Origin: Candidatus Eiseniibacteriota bacterium
Lineage (GTDB): Bacteria; Eisenbacteria; RBG-16-71-46; CAVPCR01; CBDCWB01
Length of the DNA stretch: 64,000 nucleotides
Reading direction: 5' to 3'
Assembly (NCBI GenBank): GCA_965223205.1
Contig: OZ244990.1
Span: forward strand, 898,724 to 962,723
Shown one piece after another: positions 10,119 through 18,884 of the stretch; positions within the stretch are counted from its first letter, which is position 1, and the number at the start of each line of letters is the position of its first letter. The notes beneath the pieces were generated by a model. The model had not been told where the DNA came from. It searched no databases and worked only from the letters and a program-made list of their open reading frames with translations. The position numbers and the translations under genes were made by a program.

Positions 10119-11776
10119 GCTAGTTTGCATCCGGAAAAGTCCGTTTCAGCACCCGAATGGCGCGGAACGGGCTCTACCGGTCGTCTCTCCGTGTCTTGAA
10201 CCAGGGCGAAGTGCCCTGCCGGGTCACTTGCGGCGCTGTCAGGGCAGGACCAATCGCTGACCAACTCAACTTAAGATGTGTTACCGCGAACTTACGCTCA
10301 TGCGGTCAGACGATGCCGCGCCAATGTCAGCAAGTTCGCCGACAGAATCGAAGCCCACACGTAGGCTTCGAACGATCGCCAACCTTTCCACGAACAGCGC
10401 CTCAAGCCAAAGCAGCGTTTGAAGAATGAGATGCATCCTTCGATGCCAGCGCGGAAGTTCCGCAATCGCCTGTAGACCCAGCTGTCTGTCACCATCTCGC
10501 TGATCGAAAGTCCACATCGTTTGCTGAAAGCAACATCATCCACTCCCATCCTCTTGATCTCGTCGACGTTCGCTTTCGATGCGAACCCTCCATCGAACGC
10601 CACTTGTTCAGGGACGGCGCCAAAGATGTCGCGGTGACGCTCGATCATCTGTGTCGCCAGCGTCTTGTCTGCCGGGTTGCCGCGCAACACCACACAGTCC
10701 AGCACCATCGATGCCGGGCCAGTCGTCAAGCAGATCTTGTGACCGTACTCGGGCCTAGGCTTCCCCTTCGCCAGGATGTCGGTGTGGTCTTCGAAGATCG
10801 ACACCACCTTCTCCGTTGACGGAACGGTTTCGCCCTGCAGTACTCTCCGACGTGTTTGCTCGATCACCCGGCGACCCAAAGTGACGTGATGCTTCAATCG
10901 AGCGACCAAGATCTGCGCTTCTCCATCGTCCCAAGACTGCAGTTCTTCAATCGCGTTCTGCGCGTCCCCAAGCGTCTTTTCCGTTCCCTCCAGTAGCTCC
11001 CTATACAGCCGGGCGCGCTCCTCTCGATCTCTCATGTTGCCGATCTGCCGAAACCGACGCTTTGCAAGCCGTTGGTGATTGCTGAAGTCGACTCCAAACT
11101 TGCGACTGCGCTTCAGCAGTCGAACCAGGACTCGAACCGTATCCCAAAGCAGCCAGGAGTCCGTCGGCGGGTGGATGTTCGTTTCCACCGTCGTGCAGTC
11201 ACCGCGCACAGTCTGACCACTTTCGATCTCTTCTTCTTGTGCAACACCAAGCAGGGCTCGATGAATCGCCTCCAGCGCCCCTGCCGACACTCGCTTGATG
11301 TTCTCCTGAAGCGTCGACTTGCTCGGCGCCTTCTCGAAATCGCCGATCCGACAAAATACGCGATAACAGGTGGAATCGGACAAGTGGAAGGCCAGCTCGT
11401 CATAGCTGAAGTCGTTCATCTGTTTCACGACAAGCGCTCGCACCACCTGCTCAGCCGTCATCCCAGGTCGCCCTCGATTCACACTGCGTCCTCGGGCAAT
11501 GTCCTTCGTCACCCGGCTCAGCGCCGCCGAACAACGGTCCAGGGCGTCGCTCATCTCGGCGAGCTCGCGAGCATGCTCGTGGTCAATGAACGCTTGCATG
11601 AACACCTGCTGTTGCCTGATCATTGTCCTCATCGGGGTCGGCTCCTTTGTTCGTTTCTGCCGTTAAGCCTATCCAGGCTTTGGTTTCTAACACCTGGCAG
11701 TATGAACAAATGCCGACTCCGATTCACTGTTTTTCGCATCCTTATGCGCCAAATCGAATTTCCGGATGCGAACTAG
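10119..11776. mobile_element. IS5/IS1182-superfamily insertion sequence (~1.65 kb)
   Basis: Inverted repeats CTAGTTTGCATCCGGAAA (10,119) and TTTCCGGATGCGAACTAG (..11,776). Probable CTAG target duplication. The insertion sits inside a (GGCTAG)n microsatellite. Confidence 0.65.
10298..11632 (-). CDS. DDE transposase with an InsH-type N-terminal domain (IS5/IS1182-like), 444 aa
   Basis: The N-terminal DUF772-like segment (SYDELAFHLSDSTCYRVFCRIGDF) and a C-terminal ...NLLTLARHRL are typical of IS5-superfamily transposases. The ORF looks intact. Confidence 0.7.
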   Translation of the reverse strand: MRTMIRQQQVFMQAFIDHEHARELAEMSDALDRCSAALSRVTKDIARGRSVNRGRPGMTAEQVVRALVVKQMNDFSYDELAFHLSDSTCYRVFCRIGDFEKAPSKSTLQENIKRVSAGALEAIHRALLGVAQEEEIESGQTVRGDCTTVETNIHPPTDSWLLWDTVRVLVRLLKRSRKFGVDFSNHQRLAKRRFRQIGNMRDREERARLYRELLEGTEKTLGDAQNAIEELQSWDDGEAQILVARLKHHVTLGRRVIEQTRRRVLQGETVPSTEKVVSIFEDHTDILAKGKPRPEYGHKICLTTGPASMVLDCVVLRGNPADKTLATQMIERHRDIFGAVPEQVAFDGGFASKANVDEIKRMGVDDVAFSKRCGLSISEMVTDSWVYRRLRNFRAGIEGCISFFKRCFGLRRCSWKGWRSFEAYVWASILSANLLTLARHRLTA

Positions 11777-11805
11777 GCTAGGCTGGGCTAAGGCTAGGCT
11801 AGGCT

Positions 11806-12140
11806 CTTCTTCCCCCTACCTTCACCGACGCGCGAGGAGATCGAGGCGCTGACCTGGTGCATTGCGCGGCGGCTGACGCGGGTGATCGAGCGACTGTGCG
11901 CCGATGCGTTCGCGACCGAGGAGATCCTCGAGCGCACCGTGGCGTCATTGCGCCAGGCGTTGGCGCGCTCGGTGGAGGCGCCGGTACAGCGTGCGGGCCT
12001 GGGGCTCGAGGACGCTGGTCCCGAGCCGCCTCAGACGCCCTTGTGCGCGAAGGTGGCAGGGTTCTCCTTGCATGCGGCGCGTATGGTGCCGGCAGAGGTG
12101 CTGCCGCTCGTGTCAGGGTCAGCTGAGGAGAAGGCCGACG
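11806..12140 (+). repeat. Internal fragment of the IS91-like element with a deletion
   Basis: It encodes FTDARGDRGADLVHC... in frame with the IS91 transposase segment PLPTPTHEEIEALTW...VEAP...CAKVAGFSLHAAR, then jumps to LPLVSGSAEEKADV. The 5' breakpoint is about the same as in the fragments at 16,612 and 33,690. Confidence 0.6.
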
Positions 12141-12462
12141 TTGGCGGCGTGGTCGGTTCTGCCCTGAGTATCGGTTCGTTGCCCTTCTTCTGAAGCGCGT
12201 GTCTCGAGGTGGGCTCGATGGATTCGTTGTCTGCTGTGGTTGCGAATGGTGCGATGGCCTTTGAGCATCGGCGTTTTGGCGACTCCTGGTGTTTGAGCTC
12301 GTCGAGGCACGCATGAATGAAGACCTTTCGGAAGGCGTGTGGACGGATCGGCTCGAGTTGACCGGACGTGACGATCTGCGCGCGTACCTCGTCAGCGCCG
12401 CAGAGAGCGTGCTCGGCGTACCGAGGAGAGTGAGATGGAGAAGCAATACAATCGTTGATTGG

Positions 12463-14178
12463 TCACTCGAGTAGTTGCGGCGGTACGGCGCCATAGCGTG
12501 GGCGCCACAAAAGCAGCTCGACGTCAGGGTCGAGTGACACATCGACGGGGCGTGCGGGAGTCTCAAGCGTGACGCGCGTTTCGCGATCCTTGACTTTGAC
12601 TGTGCGTCGCATCCGCTCGCCGCTGCGTACCTCGATCTCGATCGGCACGTCGAGCGCGTACGGGTCACCGGCTTGTTGCTGGGTCAGGACGACTTCCACC
12701 GCGGCACCACGGTCGATCGCCCACCACTCTAGATCGATGACCGGTGCTCCGGTCCGGTCGAGCCATTGCTCGAGGAACGCGCGCAGCGCAGGGTCGTTCG
12801 GAACAGCCTCAAGAAACGCCTTACGAACGTCGTCGAGCGACATCGCCTGATTCGCGAAATCGCGAAGCAATCCCCGTAGTATGGCGAAGAAAAGCTCGTC
12901 GCCGACGCGTCGGCGCAGCATATGATAAAACCAATGCCCTTTGGAGTCGGAGAGATCGTGATCCCAGCGGTCACGTTCAAGTTGTGAGAGGGGCTTGTCG
13001 CCCCCTCGGCGCACGATCCCAAAATATCCCAGCGCGCATTGCCAACCCGAGTAGCCCTCGCGCGAGTACTCGAGAAACTCGGCCATCGCGTTATCGCCTT
13101 CGATCGTTTCGATCGCGACAACCGCACCGTATTGCGCCAGCGATTCGGAGCAGAGGGAGGATCCCGGACCCGTTGTGGTGACCAAGTTGCCCCACCAGCC
13201 GTGCGCAGCTTCGTGTGCGAAGAGTGGCAGGTTGCCGTCTTCAATTTCAAATGCTGACGATCGCGCCATGATGAACCCTTGCTCGGAGGATGCGTACCAC
13301 TGAACGGCTTCTTCGGGCAGCTCGACGATTGCGTAGCTCGGGTAGGGGTAACGGCCGAACCGTTGCTCCATGGCGGTGAGTGCGGCCGATAGTGTGACCG
13401 CCTGATTCGATGCGCTGACGGGTTTGGGAGATAGAAGGTAGACGCCGATCTCGCGGTTTCTGAAACTGTCGTAGGCTGCTTCAAACGGGCCGGCGACAAA
13501 CGATCGCGCGACGGGCAACTGCGTCGACCAGGATTCGGTGGGTCGACCGTCAGACTCTGTGAACTCCACGCGCGCTCCGTTGGTGACGGCGCTCCAACCT
13601 TGCGGAAGTCGGAACGTCGTCGCGCCCTTGACCGTGAGTTCCTCCGTCGCGAAAGGATCTTCGCCGGCAACGATCGGCGTGGGGTACCAAGCCTCGACCC
13701 ACGATGCAAGCGCGATTCCATTCCCAAACACGGCTTGCGATGCTTGCCCCGTTCGTGCAACGCGAAAGTCGACGACGAGCTGACCGCCCGCAGTAAATGG
13801 TTCGCCCAGTCGGATCGCAGCTAGCCGAGCATAAGCGGCGTGGGCGTGAGGAGTCGTGATATCAACAGAGGCGTCCGAAAAGTCACGGACGCTTACCTCA
13901 CGAAACTCGAAGACCGGCTCGCGGTTGTTCATGCCGAGGGTTGGTCCAAGCGATTCATCGGCTCTGAGTGTCAGCCATGCCGTTCCCTGTATTTCTACTT
14001 GCTCGCCTTCGTTGGCGATGTCGATCTCAAGGTCGAGCTGTTCAGTGGTCCAACCGGTACCGGTATCGAGGGCGTTGGTTACGGGTGCTTGTGCGAGCGT
14101 TGGTCCGGCGCATGTCACGGTCGTCGCCAGGACCCATAGTGCTCGGCAAAATGGAGGGTTGGCCAGCAGGCGTGTCAT
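12463..14178 (-). CDS. Secreted M1-family zinc aminopeptidase
   Basis: HEAAHGWWGNLVT...E is the HExxH-x18-E gluzincin motif in an M1 context. Signal peptide MTRLLANPPFCRALWVLATTV. The start overlaps the GntR stop as ATGA. Confidence 0.75.
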   Translation of the reverse strand: MTRLLANPPFCRALWVLATTVTCAGPTLAQAPVTNALDTGTGWTTEQLDLEIDIANEGEQVEIQGTAWLTLRADESLGPTLGMNNREPVFEFREVSVRDFSDASVDITTPHAHAAYARLAAIRLGEPFTAGGQLVVDFRVARTGQASQAVFGNGIALASWVEAWYPTPIVAGEDPFATEELTVKGATTFRLPQGWSAVTNGARVEFTESDGRPTESWSTQLPVARSFVAGPFEAAYDSFRNREIGVYLLSPKPVSASNQAVTLSAALTAMEQRFGRYPYPSYAIVELPEEAVQWYASSEQGFIMARSSAFEIEDGNLPLFAHEAAHGWWGNLVTTTGPGSSLCSESLAQYGAVVAIETIEGDNAMAEFLEYSREGYSGWQCALGYFGIVRRGGDKPLSQLERDRWDHDLSDSKGHWFYHMLRRRVGDELFFAILRGLLRDFANQAMSLDDVRKAFLEAVPNDPALRAFLEQWLDRTGAPVIDLEWWAIDRGAAVEVVLTQQQAGDPYALDVPIEIEVRSGERMRRTVKVKDRETRVTLETPARPVDVSLDPDVELLLWRPRYGAVPPQLLE

Positions 14179-15110
14179 GCCTTCTTCCTTCGCCACGAAA
14201 AGTGTCGACCGAGTGCGTCAAGTTCACTCGGCTCGAAGGTGTAGGGCACTTCAAACACACGTTCGTCCGCTCGCTCTTGCGGTGCTAGTAGATTCCAGAC
14301 TCGAGGTGGCATAAGGAAGATCCCTCGTTTGCTGCGCGCGAGTTGCCGTCCCGGGTTCTTAACCACTTGGGGAACGATGTGGTACCGCTCGGCTGGAAAC
14401 AACAGGGAGAGGTCAGCCGCGACGCTTTCGGCCAGTGGTGCGTCGAGCTCCCAGAGATGCAGGGTGAGGCGTCGATTCCCGCGCGAACGCGGTAGACGGT
14501 TGGGTAAAGCGGGGTTGGGGCGAATGCCGGCGAATCGAATCTCCGAGAGTCGCCCGGGCCAGCGTACGCGGATGTCGTTGTAGTGGAAGTAGGTCGCAAT
14601 CATCGGACCTGGTGGCGGATCGTCTGTCCATTCGAGCGACCACGGTTCGGCTCGGGCATAGAACTTCGTCTCAATCTCCTTGGCGTGCGCAGTTGCTTGG
14701 ATCTCGCTGCACTCAACGACGTGGACGATTGCGTTGGAGTTGGAGGGCGTCGCCGATCGATCGAGCAGTCGGTCGGCGAGGTTGCGTGGCGACAGCCCGT
14801 GCTTGCGTGCTGCTTCAGCGAGAACCGAGTCGAGAAAAGTGTCGAGCTTGCGTACACCGGCGCGGTCACTGCGGGTTGGGGCGACAACTCGGGCAGCATG
14901 AGGCGCTCGGATTTCGACGATACCGGCTTCGGCCAGCGTCTGGTATGCACGTCGAACCGTGTGCAGATTGACCTTCCAGATCTTTGCAGCGTCGCGAACT
15001 GAGGGGAGCGAATCGCCGGATCGCAATCGGGCAGTGGCGATCTGGTAGCGCAGCGCCTCGGCGATCTGGTGGTAGAGGGGAATTGGGCTTGAGCGGCTGA
15101 CGTTGATCAT
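14175..15110 (-). CDS. GntR-family transcriptional regulator
   Basis: The N-terminal winged helix PLYHQIAEALRYQIATARLRSGDSLPSVRDAAKIWKVNLHTVRRAYQTLAEAGIV is classic GntR HTH. Confidence 0.75.
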   Translation of the reverse strand: MINVSRSSPIPLYHQIAEALRYQIATARLRSGDSLPSVRDAAKIWKVNLHTVRRAYQTLAEAGIVEIRAPHAARVVAPTRSDRAGVRKLDTFLDSVLAEAARKHGLSPRNLADRLLDRSATPSNSNAIVHVVECSEIQATAHAKEIETKFYARAEPWSLEWTDDPPPGPMIATYFHYNDIRVRWPGRLSEIRFAGIRPNPALPNRLPRSRGNRRLTLHLWELDAPLAESVAADLSLLFPAERYHIVPQVVKNPGRQLARSKRGIFLMPPRVWNLLAPQERADERVFEVPYTFEPSELDALGRHFSWRRKKA

Positions 15111-15282
15111 GAAGCCATGTTATAGAACTATAGAACATAGGTCAACAGTCGGCGACCGGAGGGTGATCGACATTGAGCCCAGCGCCTGGGGAACGTCACG
15201 AGCGACCAGAATCATCATCTGGAGTGGGGAGGCGGGGCTGAACGGAAATGGGGCTCGGGGGGGGCCGACGAGCATTTTCTTA

Positions 15283-15318
15283 TTTTTTGGTTTAAAATAT
15301 CATGATAAATTAAAGTTT
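15283..15318 (+). promoter_or_regulatory. AT-rich island, a putative promoter, just upstream of the ATPase gene
   Basis: TTCTTATTTTTTGGTTTAAAATATCATGATAAATTAAAG is a sharp AT-rich patch in ~67% GC surroundings. It holds TTTAAA / TATCAT-like hexamers. Confidence 0.3.
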
Positions 15319-16473
15319 ATGTTTAAGCGAGCGCTCAGGCTACCAGCGCCGGGTACGCAGACCCTCTTCCTGTGGGGCCCGCGCCAAACCGGTAAAAGCA
15401 CGTTGCTCCGGCAGGTATATCCTGGGGCGAGATGGATCGATCTGCTCAAGGCCGACGAATTTCGGCGCTACATCCAGAACCCAGAGTTGCTACGCCAGGA
15501 GCTGACTCAAGCGGACGCGGGTCCGAACGTGCTCCAGGTGGTCATTGACGAAGTCCAAAAAGTCCCGGAGCTGCTTGATGAGGTGCACTGGCTCCTTGAA
15601 AACACCAACGCGCACTTCGCTCTGTGCGGGTCGAGTGCCCGCAAAGTAAAGCGTGGCTCCGCCAATCTCCTTGGCGGTCGGGCGGTCCGATATGAGCTTC
15701 ATGGCCTGACGGCACAGGAGCTCGATCGCGCCTTCGATCTGGATCGTCTTCTGAACCACGGATACCTGCCGAACATGTACGAAATGGAACGGCCACGCCG
15801 GTTGCTCGATTCCTATATCGGTGACTACTTGAAGGAAGAAGTTGCTTCGGAAGGGTTGGTTCGTAACCTCCCAGTATTTTCCGAGTTCCTGAACGCTGCA
15901 TCGCTGAGCGATACCGAAATCGTCAATCTTTCGAACGTCGCTAGAGAGTGCGGAGTGACAAGCCCGACCGTTAGGAACTACTTCGGGATTCTGGAGGACA
16001 CGCTTTTGGGTCGCTGGTTGCCAGCCTATCGTAAGCGACCGAAGCGCAGAGTCATTGGCGCGCCGAAGTTCTATTTCGCGGACGTTGGTGTGGTCAATCG
16101 ACTCGCCCGGCGCGGGAGACTCCATCGTGGCTCCGAGCTCTACGGAAAGGCGTTCGAAAACTGGGTTCATCATGAGCTCGTTGCTTACAACATGTATGCT
16201 GATGCTGACTGTCTGCTTTCGTACTGGCGGCTGGCCAGCGGCATCGAAGTGGATTTCATCGTGAACAATATGCAGTTGGCGATCGAGGCAAAGGCAAGCG
16301 CCAAGGTGACCAGCGATCACCTGAAGGGGCTGCGACATCTCGTTCAGGATCATCGTGTCGAGCGGCGCATCGTCGTGAGTCTCGAGTCAAGAGCTCGGCG
16401 CACTGACGACGGGATCGAAATCCTCCCCTTCACGACCTTTGTGCGGCTGCTCTCCCGCGGTGAGCTGTTTTAG
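15319..16473 (+). CDS. AAA+ ATPase of the AAA_14 / DUF4143 type
   Basis: Walker A LFLWGPRQTGKST and Walker B VIDEV. The C-terminal region is of the DUF4143 kind (...LLSYWR...EVDFIV). Confidence 0.7.
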   Translation: MFKRALRLPAPGTQTLFLWGPRQTGKSTLLRQVYPGARWIDLLKADEFRRYIQNPELLRQELTQADAGPNVLQVVIDEVQKVPELLDEVHWLLENTNAHFALCGSSARKVKRGSANLLGGRAVRYELHGLTAQELDRAFDLDRLLNHGYLPNMYEMERPRRLLDSYIGDYLKEEVASEGLVRNLPVFSEFLNAASLSDTEIVNLSNVARECGVTSPTVRNYFGILEDTLLGRWLPAYRKRPKRRVIGAPKFYFADVGVVNRLARRGRLHRGSELYGKAFENWVHHELVAYNMYADADCLLSYWRLASGIEVDFIVNNMQLAIEAKASAKVTSDHLKGLRHLVQDHRVERRIVVSLESRARRTDDGIEILPFTTFVRLLSRGELF

Positions 16474-16611
16474 CTTTTTAGTCGACAACGCGCGATTGTG
16501 AGCGTCGATCACGCCGACGAGCTGCGCGAGTTGTCTTGAGGTCAGTTTGGTCGCAGGGCGCGCTTGGTGAGAGATCGCGACAACGGCACACCGACGACCG
16601 TCGCTGTTCAT

Positions 16612-16997
16612 ACCTGGCGAGAGCGAGGGCGAGCCGCTGGGCTTCTTCCCCCTACCTTCACCGACGCACGAGGAGGTCGAGGCGCTGCCGCTCGTGTCAG
16701 GGTCAGCTGAGGAGAAGGCCGACGTTGCCGGCTCGTCCTCCCCCCTGATTCGACCCTCGTCTCGAGATCCCAAATCTGACGATGGCGACGCCTCTGCCCC
16801 GCGGGGTCGCTGAGCGCAGGTCACCGCATGCTCATCCGAGCAACTCGGCCACTAGCTCCGCGGTCTCCGGCTTCTTTCCCCGCGGCACGAGCGACTCCAA
16901 GAGCTGCTCGACGCCGACAACAACCACTTGTCGCCGCCGCCAGGGTGGGTCGATACGATGGTGATCGGCTAAAACGCGGTTCAATTCTCCTACGCGC
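16612..16997 (+). mobile_element. Non-autonomous internally deleted derivative of the IS91-like element (ori end retained)
   Basis: Three IS91 segments are joined, corresponding to copy-A coordinates ~26,600-26,690, ~27,240-27,290 and ~27,570-27,900 with an ~80-bp internal deletion. It ends ...GCGGTTCAATTCTCCTACGCGC. Confidence 0.7.
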
Positions 16998-17466
16998 TGT
17001 TTTTCCAGCTCCGATGAGTGAAATTGACTTGATGACAACAACGGTTTCCGTAAAGCTGCCAGCAGCCACAAGGACACTGTCGCCGTTAACCGCGGCATCT
17101 ATCGCCTCTTGAATCGTTGAGAAATCTGTTGGCACCCCGTCGCGGCGCTGAACGGATGCCGGTGGCTGCAGGTCTTGTAAGAAGCAAGGCAGAGTTGTCC
17201 AAGACGCGATCCTCCTGGGGGGCCTGGGGAAATGTGAAAGGTGGCTGCCAAAGAAGCACCGGCAACCAACAATGAGGGCCCGATGAGTTAAGCAGCCGGC
17301 TGAACCGCCGAGGCGCGGCTGGATCCCTTGGCTCCGATCGCACGATTGGAGGGCGCCGGGAGCCGGCCACTGCTACGGTTCATTTATACGGTTCATGTAT
17401 CATGTATATGGCGTCAGCTCGCGGCCGGTTTGCTGAGATTCCTCGCTCGTGTACGGAGGTACGCCC

Positions 17467-17830
17467 ATGCTTCGCTATCGAGCCCTTGCGCTTCTAGTCT
17501 CCGTGTTGTTTGCGGCACCCCTTCCCTTGCCGCTCCTCGCCGGAGAGTATGCGTGGCAGGTACTACCCAACGCCCCGGTGGCGCCCCGCAGCAACGACGT
17601 GCAGTTTCTCGACGCCGACTTGGGCTGGGTCGGTAACAACAACGGTCAGGTCTGGAAGACGACTGACGGCGGCGAGAACTGGGTCAATCAGTTGCAGATT
17701 GACGGCAACGTCCGAAGTCTTCACTTCATTGACGCAACGACCGGTTTTGCGGGGACGCTGACTGAAGATGACTTGCTCTACCACACCACCGATGGCGGCC
17801 AAACGTGGGACAGATCCATTATTCGATCCG
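17467..17830 (+). pseudogene. Truncated BNR/Asp-box (Ycf48-like) beta-propeller protein
   Basis: Signal peptide MLRYRALALLVSVLFAA. Two TTDGGxxW Asp-box motifs. Recognisable sequence then stops where a minus-strand transposase-like fragment begins. Confidence 0.4.
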
Positions 17831-18065
17831 TAGCGAACTCCAGCAGCTTCGCCGCCCTTGCGTTCATACCAACCTCCGGCCAACGCCTCCACCTCTTGCT
17901 CCAGCACCTCCGCCACATGCATCAGCCCGAGCGGGATTAGCTCTTGGATGAGTGCCACCTTCGCATCCAAGTCGAGCTCTTGGTACTGCTCCCGATCCAT
18001 CACCTCAACCTCACCCAGCACCTTCGACTTCTTGCGTCTTCCGACCTTTCGTAGGAAACTCGACA
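17831..18065 (-). pseudogene. Possible transposase N-terminal remnant (IS256-like?)
   Basis: MSSFLRKVGRRKKSKVLGEVEVMDREQYQELDLDAKVALIQELIPLGLMHVAEVLEQEVEALAGGWYERKGG resembles the N-terminal alpha-helical region of Mutator/IS256 transposases. Nothing recognisable follows. Confidence 0.25.
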
Positions 18066-18296
18066 TCTCGGCTCCTCCTCTCTGCGGCCTCATGTGTTTC
18101 GCCAACTTCATGAAACCACAGGGGTTGGAGCCGATCAAATTTTCAACTGATTATAGGACGCCCTCAATCGAAGTATCGTTGTCGATTAGCTACTTTCAGC
18201 AGCGCGCCGTCGTCGATTCCGCCACCAGTGTTTGCTGCCGGCTGTGCTATCCTCGAAACGCGAACCGCGAGCAACCGTGCAAACACGGGCGGAACG

Positions 18297-18884
18297 ATGA
18301 GCGAGAAGCACTCGAAAATCACGCGTACGCTGGACGCCGTTGGTCGTGGCGAGCCGGGGGCGGCTGCCGAACTCCTACCGTTGGTCTACGAAGAACTGCG
18401 CAGCTTGGCGCGGGCGCGCATGAGCCACGTGCCGCCCGGTAACACCCTGCAGCCCACCGCCCTCGTTCACGAAGCGTATCTCCGCCTGGTTGGCAAAGCC
18501 GATCCCGGCTGGGATCATCGCGGGCATTTCTTCGCGGCGGCGTCACAGGCGATGCGGCAGATTCTCGTGGACCAAGCGCGGCGCAAGGCAGCCATGAAGC
18601 ATGGTGGTGACCGGAAACGACTCGACATCGATGAGTTGCAACTCGCCATCGAAACTCCCCACGAAGATGTCCTTGCCCTCCATGATGCGTTGGAGAGACT
18701 CGAGCAAGAGGACCCTCGCAAAGCCCAGATCGCCGTGTTTCGGTACTTCGCCGGCCTCACCGGCAAGGAGACAGCAGCGGCGCTCGGCGTCTCGGTGCGA
18801 ACCGTCGAACGAGAGTGGCGTTACGTCGTGGCTCGGCTTCATCAAGAACTGACGCACGCCGCCAAACCGCGGGGGTCGATTTGA
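18297..18884 (+). CDS. ECF-type RNA polymerase sigma factor of the Ser/Thr-kinase-associated class
   Basis: Sigma-70 region 2 (ALVHEAYLRL) and region 4 (AAALGVSVRTVEREWR) are present. The stop overlaps the kinase start. Confidence 0.8.
   Translation: MSEKHSKITRTLDAVGRGEPGAAAELLPLVYEELRSLARARMSHVPPGNTLQPTALVHEAYLRLVGKADPGWDHRGHFFAAASQAMRQILVDQARRKAAMKHGGDRKRLDIDELQLAIETPHEDVLALHDALERLEQEDPRKAQIAVFRYFAGLTGKETAAALGVSVRTVEREWRYVVARLHQELTHAAKPRGSI

Noticed and set aside
12729-13760. 343-aa minus-strand ORF overlapping the M1 peptidase in another frame
   Set aside because: Its composition is Arg/Ser-rich low-complexity. The M1 frame carries the HExxH-x18-E motif and a signal peptide.
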